DNA of 64,000 nt, from NCBI GenBank assembly GCA_947303625.1, contig CAMYYV010000001.1, forward strand, positions 10,507 through 74,506. The letters are read 5' to 3'. Origin of the DNA: an uncultured Bacteroidales bacterium (lineage in GTDB: Bacteria > Bacteroidota > Bacteroidia > Bacteroidales > F082). The translations under genes and the position numbers were made by a program. Below are positions 10,001 through 18,494 of the stretch, one piece after another; the first letter of the stretch is position 1; each line of letters opens with the position of its first letter. The notes beneath the pieces were generated by a model. The model worked only from the letters and a program-made list of their open reading frames with translations, did no database searches and was not told the DNA's origin.

Positions 10001-10460
10001 CGCGCCTGCCGAGGGCCGCAGCTTCTCCTATAACCTCTATTGGGGTCCTGAGGAAGGCGGCGAGGAGCAGATGGTGTTGGGTTATGAGGGCCTCACGGTG
10101 ACGGAAGCCACTAACAACACCTTCGAGAACACGAGATACAACGTCACAGCCATTTGGAACAGCCGCGAGACCGATTTTTCCAACACTGTCTATCTCGGTC
10201 CCAGCGTGGGCATGACGGAGGACATCATTGACACCCAAGAGTTTACCCTATATCCGAATCCCGTCAAGGACATCATGACTCTCCAAGGCAAGGCATTGCG
10301 CCATGTCAGTGTCTATTCGGTGCTGGGCGTCAGGCTTTACGACCGTGATGTCCTTGGCAGTCAGGCCGAGGTGGATATGTCATCCTATCCTGAGGGGCTT
10401 TACATCGTGAACATCCTCACCGATAAGGGCCAGCAGACGTTGAAGGTGATGAAACGGTGA
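7095..10460 (+). CDS. Secreted M6-family (immune inhibitor A-like) zinc metalloprotease with Fn3-like repeats and a T9SS C-terminal sorting domain
   Basis: 1121 aa with a signal peptide (MRKLMLFVAAMLISLQCAMA) and the HExxH motif HEMCHSLGAPDLYH. Repeated Fn3-like modules are present (LSWDAMTDAEGYNVYRDG, LSWTVPTENNRFTVYRGS). The C-terminus LYPNPVKDIMTLQG...YIVNILTDKGQQTLKVMKR is typical of Por/T9SS tails. Confidence 0.9.
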   Translation: MRKLMLFVAAMLISLQCAMAAPLKNIEIQLTQPNGEVVHCFASGDEFYNYLHDANGFTIVKGENGFYCYAMRDAEGHVVASQYVVNSVDPASVGLQPRVHISKQEYLERRESREQYIRRPQRSGSRELNHGRYNNLVVFIRFAGDTYHTTPTSAVDSMFNASNYESISLHNFYHRATYNQLDLRSYLYPIPDGETILSYEDIYPKEYYMPYDPVTNPLGYQSWETADREFSLLERAIYYVADQVPDTLDLDYNSDGLVDNVVFVIKGRPGEWASLLWPHRWCIYDRYVPLNGLQVYDFNLQLEQGGYFNVSTLCHEMCHSLGAPDLYHYDGGIDPVGGWDLMCGTSEPPQHQSAYVKYKYGNWIDDIPEIDAYGTYELEAVSWEGNRRNAYKIRLNADQWLLLEYRNDQDLFDSNVPDGGLLIYRIDTRFDGNAGWNGTDVLDEVYLFRPNGDVNNVGNLNQANFCVERNRTEFSQNTNPPLFLTNGQAIDWQSAIYDISTRGDRMSFTYGPLNHIAAPSHFIVNVNSLSHEVELSWDAMTDAEGYNVYRDGMEVATHLTETHFEHPYTTADNGYHTYYVASYRGDTLSDYTEQWVILGDYETIHVTITSDSPYGTKGGELEVLFSLPEMKTQYLTIYDGAQAEADFYVPANTEVGFFWNAGFDPDSQGIHVTAVRQNESGEETIFDTEAPSGCLSQYTVADSGLGLIPPQNLTAVSEGPSIRLSWTVPTENNRFTVYRGSRVLQSDVVGYGYLDDNIMRSGTYSYHVENNSGELSTWLPENTVYATAMTYYCEPPQNLAGTYDGDGHATLTWEAPQFLGNGMMAYDNNQFVEQLGSNSNKWAIKIEPMNLTYFEGHPVTHIEMFDCSEGHYTYYFYNDELVNNNTLIYTQQHDMEGTHEWVRFALDEAVSYDATKPLWICVSTTGATKPIPCCEYVGEPNSCLIKSGTFWKPVTSFGRNLSWLLRAYTAPAEGRSFSYNLYWGPEEGGEEQMVLGYEGLTVTEATNNTFENTRYNVTAIWNSRETDFSNTVYLGPSVGMTEDIIDTQEFTLYPNPVKDIMTLQGKALRHVSVYSVLGVRLYDRDVLGSQAEVDMSSYPEGLYIVNILTDKGQQTLKVMKR

Positions 10461-10608
10461 TTTGAAAAAAAAGTATCACGGGCGTCGTTGGTGCTGAAAT
10501 GTCAGCGTCGCCTGGGAATCTATCCGGTTTTGTGTCACATGTGACAGTCTTTTCGGATACAATACGGAGGCCGATTCACATCTTTGGTGCAAATATGGTG
10601 CAAAAGAA

Positions 10609-10644
10609 AAATCCGCAGCTTGATTTTCAACAAGTTGCGGATTT
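10609..10644. terminator. Bidirectional terminator-like hairpin
   Basis: AAATCCGCAGCTTG-attttcaa-CAAGTTGCGGATTT gives 13 of 14 bp paired. An A-run lies on one side and a T-rich tail on the other. It sits between the M6 gene end and the 3' end of the minus-strand tRNA pair. Confidence 0.55.
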
Positions 10645-10650
10645 ATTTCG

Positions 10651-10722
10651 TAGCCCATAGCGGAATCGAACCGCTGTTTCCAGAGTGAGAATCTGACGAC
10701 CTAGCCTCTAGTCGAATGGGCC
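10651..10722 (-). tRNA. tRNA-Glu (anticodon CUC)
   Basis: The reverse complement folds by hand into a cloverleaf. Acceptor GGCCCAT/ATGGGCT, D stem GACT/GGTC, anticodon stem TCAGA/TCTGG with loop TTCTCAC, T arm AGCGG-TTCGATT-CCGCT. Confidence 0.8.
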
Positions 10723-10753
10723 AAAAAAAGGTTCTTTTTGCGGAACCTTTGTG

Positions 10754-10827
10754 TGAACTAGGCGGGAGTCGAACCCACAACCGCCTGATCCGTAGTCAGG
10801 GACTCTATCCAATTGAGCTACTAGTCC
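10754..10827 (-). tRNA. tRNA-Arg (anticodon ACG)
   Basis: The reverse complement is GGACTAGTAGCTCAATTGGATAGAGTCCCTGACTACGGATCAGGCGGTTGTGGGTTCGACTCCCGCCTAGTTCA. Anticodon loop CTACGGA and T loop TTCGACT. All four arms pair. Confidence 0.88.
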
Positions 10828-10845
10828 AGTCGTTTTTTGACACTG

Positions 10846-10853
10846 CAAAAGTA
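10846..10853 (-). promoter_or_regulatory. -7 box TACTTTTG (minus strand) for the tRNA pair
   Basis: The reverse complement of caaaagta matches TAnnTTTG, about 19 nt upstream of the tRNA-Arg 5' end. Confidence 0.4.
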
Positions 10854-10990
10854 CAGCTTTTTTCGGTTATGCAAGCAAAAAATCGGGAAAAAATTTGTTG
10901 TTTTTTGCAATGCTTTGATTATCAAATGGATATTTTTCTCGCCTCTAGGCACGATTTTGCGCTTTCGTGTGCATGCAATCGGTTTTTTGC

Positions 10991-10998
10991 TATTTTTG
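10991..10998 (+). promoter_or_regulatory. -7 box TATTTTTG
   Basis: TAnnTTTG match 28 nt upstream of the pepE ATG. Confidence 0.4.
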
Positions 10999-11025
10999 CA
11001 CCATCGTTAACCAATATTTTACATT

Positions 11026-11799
11026 ATGAGATTACTACTAATCAGCAATTCGACCAACTTCGGTGAGAATTATCTGGCTTGGGCTTCCACCCAAATCGAA
11101 ATGTTCTGCATGCAGAACCATATTAATAAGGATAGCCGTATCATCTTCGTTCCCTTCGCGGGTGTCAACATCGGAGGCAAGGCCTATCCCGAGAGCTACG
11201 ATGCCTACGAGGCCAAGGTGAAGGACGTCTTCAGAGAGAAGTTCGGCTTGGAGAACTTCACCTCCGTGCATCACTTTGACGACAAAGTGAAGGCTGTCAA
11301 GGAGGCCGACTGCATCGTGGTGGGCGGCGGTAACACGTTCCACCTGGTGGCCGAGATGCACCGCTATGGCCTGATGGACGCCATCCGCGAACAAGCCTTG
11401 AAGGGCGTGCCTTACATGGGCTGGAGCGCTGGTTCCAACGTGGCTTGCCCGACGCTGTGTACCACCAACGATATGCCCATCGTACAACCCGCTTCGTTCA
11501 AGTGCCTCAACTTGGTGCCGTTCCAAATCAATCCGCATTATCTCGACCCGCACCCCGAGATCGACAAGATGATCAAGCATGGCGGCGAGACACGCCAGGA
11601 CCGCATCAATGAATATCTCGCTGTTAACCAGGAGATGACGGTGGTAGGCTTGCGCGAGGCTACGGCTCTTTGGGTGACCGACAACAAGATGATGCTTAAG
11701 GGCGGCAAGAAGATGATTGTCATGCGCTATGGCAAGGAATCTGTGGAGATTGACCCGAATTCTGATGTTACCTTCCTTTTGGGAGAGCAAAATGCTTAA
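11026..11799 (+). CDS. pepE: Dipeptidase E (peptidase S51, alpha-aspartyl dipeptidase)
   Basis: 257 aa. MRLLLISNS..., VVGGGNTFHL and GWSAGSNV (nucleophile Ser context) match the S51 PepE layout. Confidence 0.85.
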   Translation: MRLLLISNSTNFGENYLAWASTQIEMFCMQNHINKDSRIIFVPFAGVNIGGKAYPESYDAYEAKVKDVFREKFGLENFTSVHHFDDKVKAVKEADCIVVGGGNTFHLVAEMHRYGLMDAIREQALKGVPYMGWSAGSNVACPTLCTTNDMPIVQPASFKCLNLVPFQINPHYLDPHPEIDKMIKHGGETRQDRINEYLAVNQEMTVVGLREATALWVTDNKMMLKGGKKMIVMRYGKESVEIDPNSDVTFLLGEQNA

Positions 11800-12012
11800 A
11801 GTGTTTTTGTTTTGAGCGTATGCCAGTAAGCCGCACATGTCATTCCAACGGGGGCAAGTGCGATAGAGGGAATCTATGGGCGGCGACCTCAAGGCAAACA
11901 TCATATGTAACGGCCTCAACAGCTATAGATCCCATGCCTTTGCCCACTTGCCAGCGTAGGGATGACATACCTGTTGAGGCCTGTAACAACCTTTGAAATA
12001 ATAGATATGCCT

Positions 12013-13386
12013 TCAAGAAAACGCCTTGCGGTCTTCGAAGACCACGAGGCTGCGGTCGAGGTGGACGACTTTTCGTCCACCTTTTTCGCCTTTGATGAGG
12101 TAGATGCCGGCCTCGTTGCCCAAGATGTCGTGGAAGGCCTTGCGGATGCGCGAAAGGTTGGTGTTCATGGTGGAACCGATAAAGTCGGTGAGGTTGTCAA
12201 TAGCTTTGCGTAGCAATGCATCATCACCATAGGTGGAGATGCTTCTGTATATGTTGTATAGCTCTTCCTTATGGTCGTTTAGGTAGCTCAGAGATAGACC
12301 GTCCTCGTGGAGCAGGAAGAAGATGTAGAGTGCCTTGCAGAGGGCGGGCATCTTCACCTCGGTGTTGTTGCGGTCGGTAAGGAAGATGTCGCCCTGGCGG
12401 GTGATGTAGAGTCGGCTGATTTGCTGCGAGACGTTGTATTTCAATACGGTATCGATGATGATCTTGTGCAGTCCGGTGTATTGCAACTCGTCATGGATCG
12501 AATCGTTGCCGTCGGCCTTGAATTTTTCGATGAGACGTGTCTCTCTCATGCTGTTTACAGGAGGGTCAATGTTCAGAATATTGGCCTTGAGCCATGCCAC
12601 GCGCTGTATTGTATCCAACGGGTCACCACCGATTTCGATGATGAGGAAGTCGTGTCCGCTGCCCACCATTGGTGTGTCGATTTTGAGGAAATAGGCTGGC
12701 TTTTGGATGCTCAACCCGTTGGCGTTAAGGTGGTTGAGAAATATTTCTTTGGAGAAAAACACGCTGTTGAGTTGGGCGAGGTTGCGGTCGATGTGGTCGA
12801 GTTGGTCAGAAGAAAGCATGGGTTCGAGGTAGCCGAGCGTGTTGCGGAAGGTGTCTTTTTTGCGGTCAAGGTCGCTGACGACTTTGGGCAGGTAGAAGAA
12901 TTCGCGCCCCATCGATGCCATGACTTGGCAGATGGCGTCGTAGTCGCGCCTGATGCGGGCGTTGATTCTTTTGTGGTAGGCCGGCTCGACGTAGAGGACG
13001 GCATTGCTTGTGTCGAAACTGAGGCTTGGGATGGAAACAAACTCGGCCTTGATGCCTTCGGTCTCGGGCAGCCGCAGGCCGATGGAGAGCAACAGCGCCG
13101 TGATGAATTGAGATTCGCTTTGTGCGAGGTCGTCGTCCGACATTGAGAGCATCTGTAACACCCTGAGTATGGCGGTTTTCTCCTCGTCGCCAAGGGTCTT
13201 CAGTGTCCTGACTGCATCTGCGAGGCTGAGGCGTGTGGCTTTTTTCCGGCTGGTGGTAGTGATGCGGAAAACCGAGTAGGCACGCTGCAAGAAGTCGATT
13301 TCTCCTTGGTTGACGATGCCATCGCATTGCACAAGGTCGGAAAGAACCTTTGCCAAGGCTGTTTTATGTTGTTCCTTGAATTTCAT
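12013..13386 (-). CDS. Hypothetical protein with a TerB-like N-terminal domain and an OmpR/PhoB-type winged-helix-like C-terminus
   Basis: 457 aa. The N-terminus shows the two-lobe TerB-like pattern (LVQCDGIVNQGEIDFL ... LQMLSMSDDDLAQSESQFITALLLSIGL). The C-terminus NTNLSRIRKAFHDILGNEAGIYLIKGEKGGRKVVHL resembles trans_reg_C. Both domain calls are by eye. Confidence 0.7.
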   Translation of the reverse strand: MKFKEQHKTALAKVLSDLVQCDGIVNQGEIDFLQRAYSVFRITTTSRKKATRLSLADAVRTLKTLGDEEKTAILRVLQMLSMSDDDLAQSESQFITALLLSIGLRLPETEGIKAEFVSIPSLSFDTSNAVLYVEPAYHKRINARIRRDYDAICQVMASMGREFFYLPKVVSDLDRKKDTFRNTLGYLEPMLSSDQLDHIDRNLAQLNSVFFSKEIFLNHLNANGLSIQKPAYFLKIDTPMVGSGHDFLIIEIGGDPLDTIQRVAWLKANILNIDPPVNSMRETRLIEKFKADGNDSIHDELQYTGLHKIIIDTVLKYNVSQQISRLYITRQGDIFLTDRNNTEVKMPALCKALYIFFLLHEDGLSLSYLNDHKEELYNIYRSISTYGDDALLRKAIDNLTDFIGSTMNTNLSRIRKAFHDILGNEAGIYLIKGEKGGRKVVHLDRSLVVFEDRKAFS

Positions 13387-13516
13387 TGAGTTATGGCATC
13401 GAATTTGGGTTGTAACCTTGCAACCTCATCCCAGTTGTATACGAGATTGTATTTTTGCGCCGTTTTTCATTGCAAAAATAATCATAAAATTGATAAACGA
13501 GTAAAATTGTTGAAAA

Positions 13517-16270
13517 ATGGCGAGAGATTATAGGAATGGTTTGACGCAAAAACAGGTAGAGGAGAGTCGCCGCAAGCATGGCGACAATGTGCTGACCCCG
13601 CCCAAGAAAGAATCACTCTGGAAACAGTTTTTGGATAAGTTTTCCGACCCCATTATAAAGATATTGTTGATCGCACTGCTGCTTTCGGTGGCTGTGTCGT
13701 TGTATCAGCTGTTCACTGGCGCCGCCGGACTGGGCGTATTGCTGGAGCCTTTGGGCATTTTTGTAGCGGTGATGTTGGCTACAACGGTAGGTTTTGCCTT
13801 TGAGGTGAGTGCCAACAAGAAATTCGACATCCTGAACCAGTCGGAGGACGAGAAGATGGTGACGGTTTTTCGTGGCGGCATGATTTGCCGTATCGAGCGT
13901 AAGGATGTTGTGGTGGGTGATGTCGTCGTACTCAATACGGGTGACGAAGTGCCAGCCGATGGACGTTTGGTGGAAGCCGTCTCGCTGCGGGTCAACGAGT
14001 CGGACTTGACGGGTGAACCCTCGTGTAGCAAGACGACCAACAAGGCCGAGTTCAAGAAGGAAGCCACCTATCCATCCAACTACGTTTGCCGTGGCAGCTC
14101 GGTGATGGAGGGGCATGGTGTGTTTGTGGTCGAGAAAGTGGGTGATGCCACGGAATGGGGTAAGGTGTATCACGGGGCACAGATTGACAACAAGGTGAAG
14201 ACGCCCCTCAACGAGCAACTCGACCGTCTTGGAAATGGCATCACCGTTGCCAGTTATGTCATCGCCGGAATGATTGTCGTGTCGCGATTGTTGATGTATT
14301 TCCTTTATCACGACGACACACCTATTGATTGGATGGACTTTGTGCGTTATGTCCTCAACAGCCTGATGATTGCCGTCACCCTGATTGTGGTGGCCGTTCC
14401 GGAAGGCTTGCCCATGAGCGTTACGTTGAGTTTGGCATTGAGCATGAAACGGATGCTCGAAACCAACAACTTGGTCCGCAAGATGCATGCATGCGAGACC
14501 ATGGGTGCAGCCACGGTGATCTGTTCCGACAAGACGGGTACGCTCACCAAAAACCGTATGAGTTTGGGAGATAGCCTCGTCTTTGGTTTGCCCAACGGCC
14601 AGATTGACGATTCAGAAGTGGGGCATCTCATGGCAGAAGGTGTCGCACTTAATTCTACGGCCTTTCTGGACTATAGCGACCCTGATAAGGTGAAAGTCAT
14701 CGGCAATCCCACAGAGGGCGCACTGCTGCTCTGGCTGTTCGACAATAACGTTGACTTCGTCAAGATGCGCGATGATGCCGTAATCGTCAATCAGCTGCCG
14801 TTTACAACGAAGTACAAGTACATGGCCACTGTGGTCAAGACGGACATTTCGGGCGAGTATGTGATGTATGTGAAAGGAGCTCCGGAGATCCTGTTAAAAC
14901 GTTGCACTACGGTGAAACTGGCAGACCGTGAGGCGAGTGTCCAGTGGGCAAAGGAAGAAGTGGAGACCAAATTGATAGAGTATCAGAGCAAGGCTATGCG
15001 CACCTTGGGTTTCGCTTACAAATATCTCACAGAGGAAGAGGTGAAGACGGTGTTTGCAAATGGAAAACTAACGGTTGAGGACTTGTGTTTCTTGGGCGTC
15101 GTTGGCATCATCGACCCCATCCGCGACGATGTGGCCGACTCCGTGAAAGACTGTCTCGATGCGGGCATTAGCATCAAGATCGTAACGGGCGACACTCCTG
15201 GCACGGCACGTGAGATAGGCCGTCAGGTGGGCCTTTGGACCGATGCCGACGATCCTGAACGACAGATGATCACGGGCAAGGAGTTCAACCTGTTGACTGA
15301 CGACGAGCTTCGTGAGCGTGTGGGCGACCTGAAGATCATGTCGCGGGCACGTCCTTCCGACAAGGAACGTCTTGTGCGCCTGCTACAGGAAAGGGGAGAG
15401 GTGGTGGCTGTCACCGGCGACGGCACCAACGACGCTCCCGCCCTGAACCGTGCCCAAATCGGCCTCTCGATGGGTGACGGCACCTCGGTGGCCAAGGAAG
15501 CCAGCGACATCACCATTTTGGACAACTCGTTCAAGAGTATCGCTCGTGCCGTGATGTGGGGCCGCTCGCTTTACCTCAACATCCAACGTTTCATCCTGTT
15601 CCAGATGACCATCAACGTGGCGGCATGCCTTATCGTACTGATAGGTGCAATGCTGGGAACCGAATCGCCACTTACCGTGACGCAGATGCTGTGGATCAAT
15701 CTCATCATGGACACCTTCGCAGCTATGGCGTTGGCTTCGTTGCCACCCGACCACAGCGTTTTGATGGACAAGCCCCGCTCGCGCACAGCCTTCATCATCA
15801 CCAAGGGCATGCTAAAGCGCATCTTTGGTGTGGGACTGTTCTTTGTGGTGGTGCTGTTCGGCTTCTTCCAGTATTTCATCCATTGCGATGTGGAGCGGAT
15901 GGCCGATTTCTCGCTGCACGACTATCTCATCAAGTTCTTCAATTTCCACCATGAGGGAGTTTTGACGCCCAAGGAGCTTTCGATGTTCTTCACCATCTTC
16001 GTCTTCTTGCAGTTCTGGAACATCTTCAACGCCAAGGCCTTTCATTCCCACCAGTCGGCGCTGAGGGGCTTCTTCAACAGGGATGTCAGGCGCGGCTTCG
16101 GACTTACCTTATTAATAATAGCCCTCGGCCAGGTCCTCATTGTCACCTTCGGCGGCGAGATGTTCAATGTTGTCCCGCTGGAATTGAGTGATTGGCTTAT
16201 CATCATTGGCGGCACATCGGTGATTCTGTGGATAGGGGAGTTGGAACGGCTGATAATCAAACGAAGATAG
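13517..16270 (+). CDS. Calcium-translocating P-type ATPase (P2 type, PMCA/SERCA-like)
   Basis: 917 aa. Phosphorylation motif CSDKTGTLTKN, hinge VTGDGTNDAPAL, TGES-like TGEPS, PEGLP in TM4, and about 10 TM segments. Confidence 0.92.
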   Translation: MARDYRNGLTQKQVEESRRKHGDNVLTPPKKESLWKQFLDKFSDPIIKILLIALLLSVAVSLYQLFTGAAGLGVLLEPLGIFVAVMLATTVGFAFEVSANKKFDILNQSEDEKMVTVFRGGMICRIERKDVVVGDVVVLNTGDEVPADGRLVEAVSLRVNESDLTGEPSCSKTTNKAEFKKEATYPSNYVCRGSSVMEGHGVFVVEKVGDATEWGKVYHGAQIDNKVKTPLNEQLDRLGNGITVASYVIAGMIVVSRLLMYFLYHDDTPIDWMDFVRYVLNSLMIAVTLIVVAVPEGLPMSVTLSLALSMKRMLETNNLVRKMHACETMGAATVICSDKTGTLTKNRMSLGDSLVFGLPNGQIDDSEVGHLMAEGVALNSTAFLDYSDPDKVKVIGNPTEGALLLWLFDNNVDFVKMRDDAVIVNQLPFTTKYKYMATVVKTDISGEYVMYVKGAPEILLKRCTTVKLADREASVQWAKEEVETKLIEYQSKAMRTLGFAYKYLTEEEVKTVFANGKLTVEDLCFLGVVGIIDPIRDDVADSVKDCLDAGISIKIVTGDTPGTAREIGRQVGLWTDADDPERQMITGKEFNLLTDDELRERVGDLKIMSRARPSDKERLVRLLQERGEVVAVTGDGTNDAPALNRAQIGLSMGDGTSVAKEASDITILDNSFKSIARAVMWGRSLYLNIQRFILFQMTINVAACLIVLIGAMLGTESPLTVTQMLWINLIMDTFAAMALASLPPDHSVLMDKPRSRTAFIITKGMLKRIFGVGLFFVVVLFGFFQYFIHCDVERMADFSLHDYLIKFFNFHHEGVLTPKELSMFFTIFVFLQFWNIFNAKAFHSHQSALRGFFNRDVRRGFGLTLLIIALGQVLIVTFGGEMFNVVPLELSDWLIIIGGTSVILWIGELERLIIKRR

Positions 16271-16315
16271 TGAAAAATAATTCTTTGGAAATGTTGTATT
16301 TATGGAAATAATCCA

Positions 16316-16323
16316 TACCTTTG
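16316..16323 (+). promoter_or_regulatory. -7 box TACCTTTG
   Basis: TAnnTTTG match 27 nt upstream of the 16351 ATG. Confidence 0.35.
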
Positions 16324-16350
16324 CCGCTCCAAATCAAAAAGGAGTTAGAA

Positions 16351-16698
16351 ATGAACAAACGACTGATTATTATTGCTTTATGCGGAATGATGGGCTTGGC
16401 CTTTGCTTCATGCTCACGTCCGTCCATCGTTGGAACTTGGGTTGAACCCGCTGCCGAAGGCAGTCTGCTCGGCGAAGTGGGCTTCACTTTGCTCGAAAAC
16501 GGCGAAGTCAAGTCTATCAATACGGGTTTCAGAGAATACCAGACTTGGGAAAAGGTTGGTGACAAACTGATCCTTAACGGAACGACGAGTGGCTCCAACC
16601 CGACCAGTTTTGCCGACACCAACAACATCATCTCGCTTGACGACAGTCTGCTGGTGATTGGCCAAGATGGTTATACAGTGACTTATCATAGGAAATAA
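16351..16698 (+). CDS. Small lipoprotein, lipocalin-like domain
   Basis: Start chosen at MNKRLIIIALCGMMGLAFASC (lipobox) rather than the upstream non-ATG start in the track. The IVGTWVEP ... GDKLILNG pattern is typical of the Bacteroidales lipocalin-like family. Confidence 0.65.
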   Translation: MNKRLIIIALCGMMGLAFASCSRPSIVGTWVEPAAEGSLLGEVGFTLLENGEVKSINTGFREYQTWEKVGDKLILNGTTSGSNPTSFADTNNIISLDDSLLVIGQDGYTVTYHRK

Positions 16699-16806
16699 AT
16701 ACTCTGGCTATTGGCTTCTGGCGACTGGCTAAATGCCAAACAAGCCAAAAGCCAGTAGCTAGTAGCCAAAAGCAAAATAAAAAGAATACAAATTAAAAAC
16801 AGAATA

Positions 16807-17748
16807 ATGAAGAAACTAGCAGTCATCGCCTTCGGCGGAAACGCCCTGCTAAGAGGCGGACAGAAAGGAACCTACAAGGAGCAGATGGAGAACGTCACCG
16901 AGACATGCCATTCTCTGCTTCCTTTCCTGAAAAACGATTATAACCTGGTTATCGGCCATGGTAACGGGCCCCAAGTGGGTAACGTCATGCTGCAGCACGA
17001 GGCTGGTCATCATCAGTTTGGCGTGCCGGGCATGCCCATCGACTTCTGCGTGGCCGAGACCCAAGGTCTTATTGGCTTCATGATTGAGATGGGATTAGGC
17101 AAGACCTTTGCCAAGGAAGGCTTGAAGCGCAACGTGGTTACCCTGGTGACGCAGGTGGTGGTCGACAAGAACGACCCGATGTTCCAGAACCCCACCAAGC
17201 CAGTGGGTCCCTATTATTCCAAGGAAGAAGCTGAGAAATACGCTGCCGAGACAGGTGCCGTCTACAAGGAAGATCCCAAAGGCCGTGGCTGGCGCAAGGT
17301 GGTGGCTTCGCCGAAGCCCATCGCCATCCAGAATGTCGACCTCGTGAAGCAGCTGGCCGAGCAAGGCAACATCGTCATCACCGTGGGCGGTGGCGGCATC
17401 CCCGTCATCGAGAAACCCGACGGCAGCTTAGGTGGCGTTGAGGCCGTCATCGACAAGGATCTCGCTTCGGCCATGACCGCCATCAACATCGGTGCCGACG
17501 AGTTCTACATCCTCACCGACGTGCCGAAGGTTTACATCAACTTCCGCAAGGACAACGAGCAGGCTCTCGACACCATCACTGTGGCCGAGGCCAAGAAGCA
17601 CCTCGCCGACGGACAGTTCACCGAGGGCAGCATGGCTCCCAAGGTGCGTGCCGCCATCCTATTCGTGGAGGCCACGGGCCACGAGGCCATCATCACCGAG
17701 GCCACACGTATTGGCGACCCGACCTGTGGTACAAGGATTATAGCTTAA
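16807..17748 (+). CDS. arcC: Carbamate kinase
   Basis: 313 aa. MKKLAVIAFGGNALL, VIGHGNGPQVG, GGGGIPV and ILTDV are all hallmark amino-acid-kinase / ArcC motifs. Confidence 0.92.
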   Translation: MKKLAVIAFGGNALLRGGQKGTYKEQMENVTETCHSLLPFLKNDYNLVIGHGNGPQVGNVMLQHEAGHHQFGVPGMPIDFCVAETQGLIGFMIEMGLGKTFAKEGLKRNVVTLVTQVVVDKNDPMFQNPTKPVGPYYSKEEAEKYAAETGAVYKEDPKGRGWRKVVASPKPIAIQNVDLVKQLAEQGNIVITVGGGGIPVIEKPDGSLGGVEAVIDKDLASAMTAINIGADEFYILTDVPKVYINFRKDNEQALDTITVAEAKKHLADGQFTEGSMAPKVRAAILFVEATGHEAIITEATRIGDPTCGTRIIA

Positions 17749-17757
17749 CCAGTAAGT

Positions 17758-18351
17758 TTATTGGATTTGGGAAAACGCTACGCTTACAGCATAGCGTTTT
17801 CCTCTATTAATGTAGGTCTCCAAACGGTAACCTTCGCCATCGAGCACGCGGTGTAGGTCGTCGGTGATGCCTGTGCCACGCAGCTTCACCACGGCCTCTT
17901 TCTTGGTCCAGTATTGTGTGAATGCTTCAACGGGATCGGCGGAGTGTCGTATCCATTCTGCCTCAGCGGGGTTCATCGTTCGGTTGATGAGGGCGAGGCT
18001 GCTATGGCGGAAGCTCTCGATGTCAATGCCGACAGGGGAGAAGTCGATCACCACGGCGATGCCGCTTTTGCAGTGGCTGAGGTTGAAATACACCTCGGGA
18101 TGGTGGACGAGAAAAGGCTTGCCGTGTATGTTGCGTTCCATCTTCATGTCGTTGATGCCCAGAGGCTTCAACAACTCTTGCAGCATCAGCCACGACTTCA
18201 AACAGGCGAACTGTCCGAAGAGGTGCTTGTAATGTAACGCTTCGCCGCGACGTTGATCGTCGACCAGCGGCAGCATACGTTGCACCTCAGCTTCGGTGAC
18301 TTGGGCCATATCGTCGAAAATGGAGATCACGGTTGTTGTTTTTCGACGCAA
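17758..18351 (-). CDS. 4'-phosphopantetheinyl transferase (Sfp type)
   Basis: 197 aa. FNLSHCKSGIAVV..VGIDIE and WTKKEAVVKLRGTGI are the two conserved PPTase motifs. Confidence 0.85.
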   Translation of the reverse strand: MRRKTTTVISIFDDMAQVTEAEVQRMLPLVDDQRRGEALHYKHLFGQFACLKSWLMLQELLKPLGINDMKMERNIHGKPFLVHHPEVYFNLSHCKSGIAVVIDFSPVGIDIESFRHSSLALINRTMNPAEAEWIRHSADPVEAFTQYWTKKEAVVKLRGTGITDDLHRVLDGEGYRLETYINRGKRYAVSVAFSQIQ

Positions 18352-18494
18352 AAATAAGCAATCTTAGGTAATTGGAAGCAAAATATATTTCATTGAAAAA
18401 ATCACCTTGTTTGTTAAAAAAAACACCTTTCGTTTGGATAAAATGACCTGTCGAAAGAAATTAATCCTATATTCGCATCGATTTTTCAGTGTTT

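Noticed and set aside
10716-11066. 116-aa + strand ORF overlapping tRNA-Arg and the pepE upstream region.
   Set aside because: It runs through a tRNA gene on the opposite strand and through the promoter region, so it is spurious.
16807-17748. Carbamate kinase as part of an arginine deiminase (arcABC) operon.
   Set aside because: No arcA or arcB-like genes flank it. Its neighbours are a lipocalin-like lipoprotein and a convergent PPTase. I treat it as a stand-alone arcC-type gene and claim no pathway.
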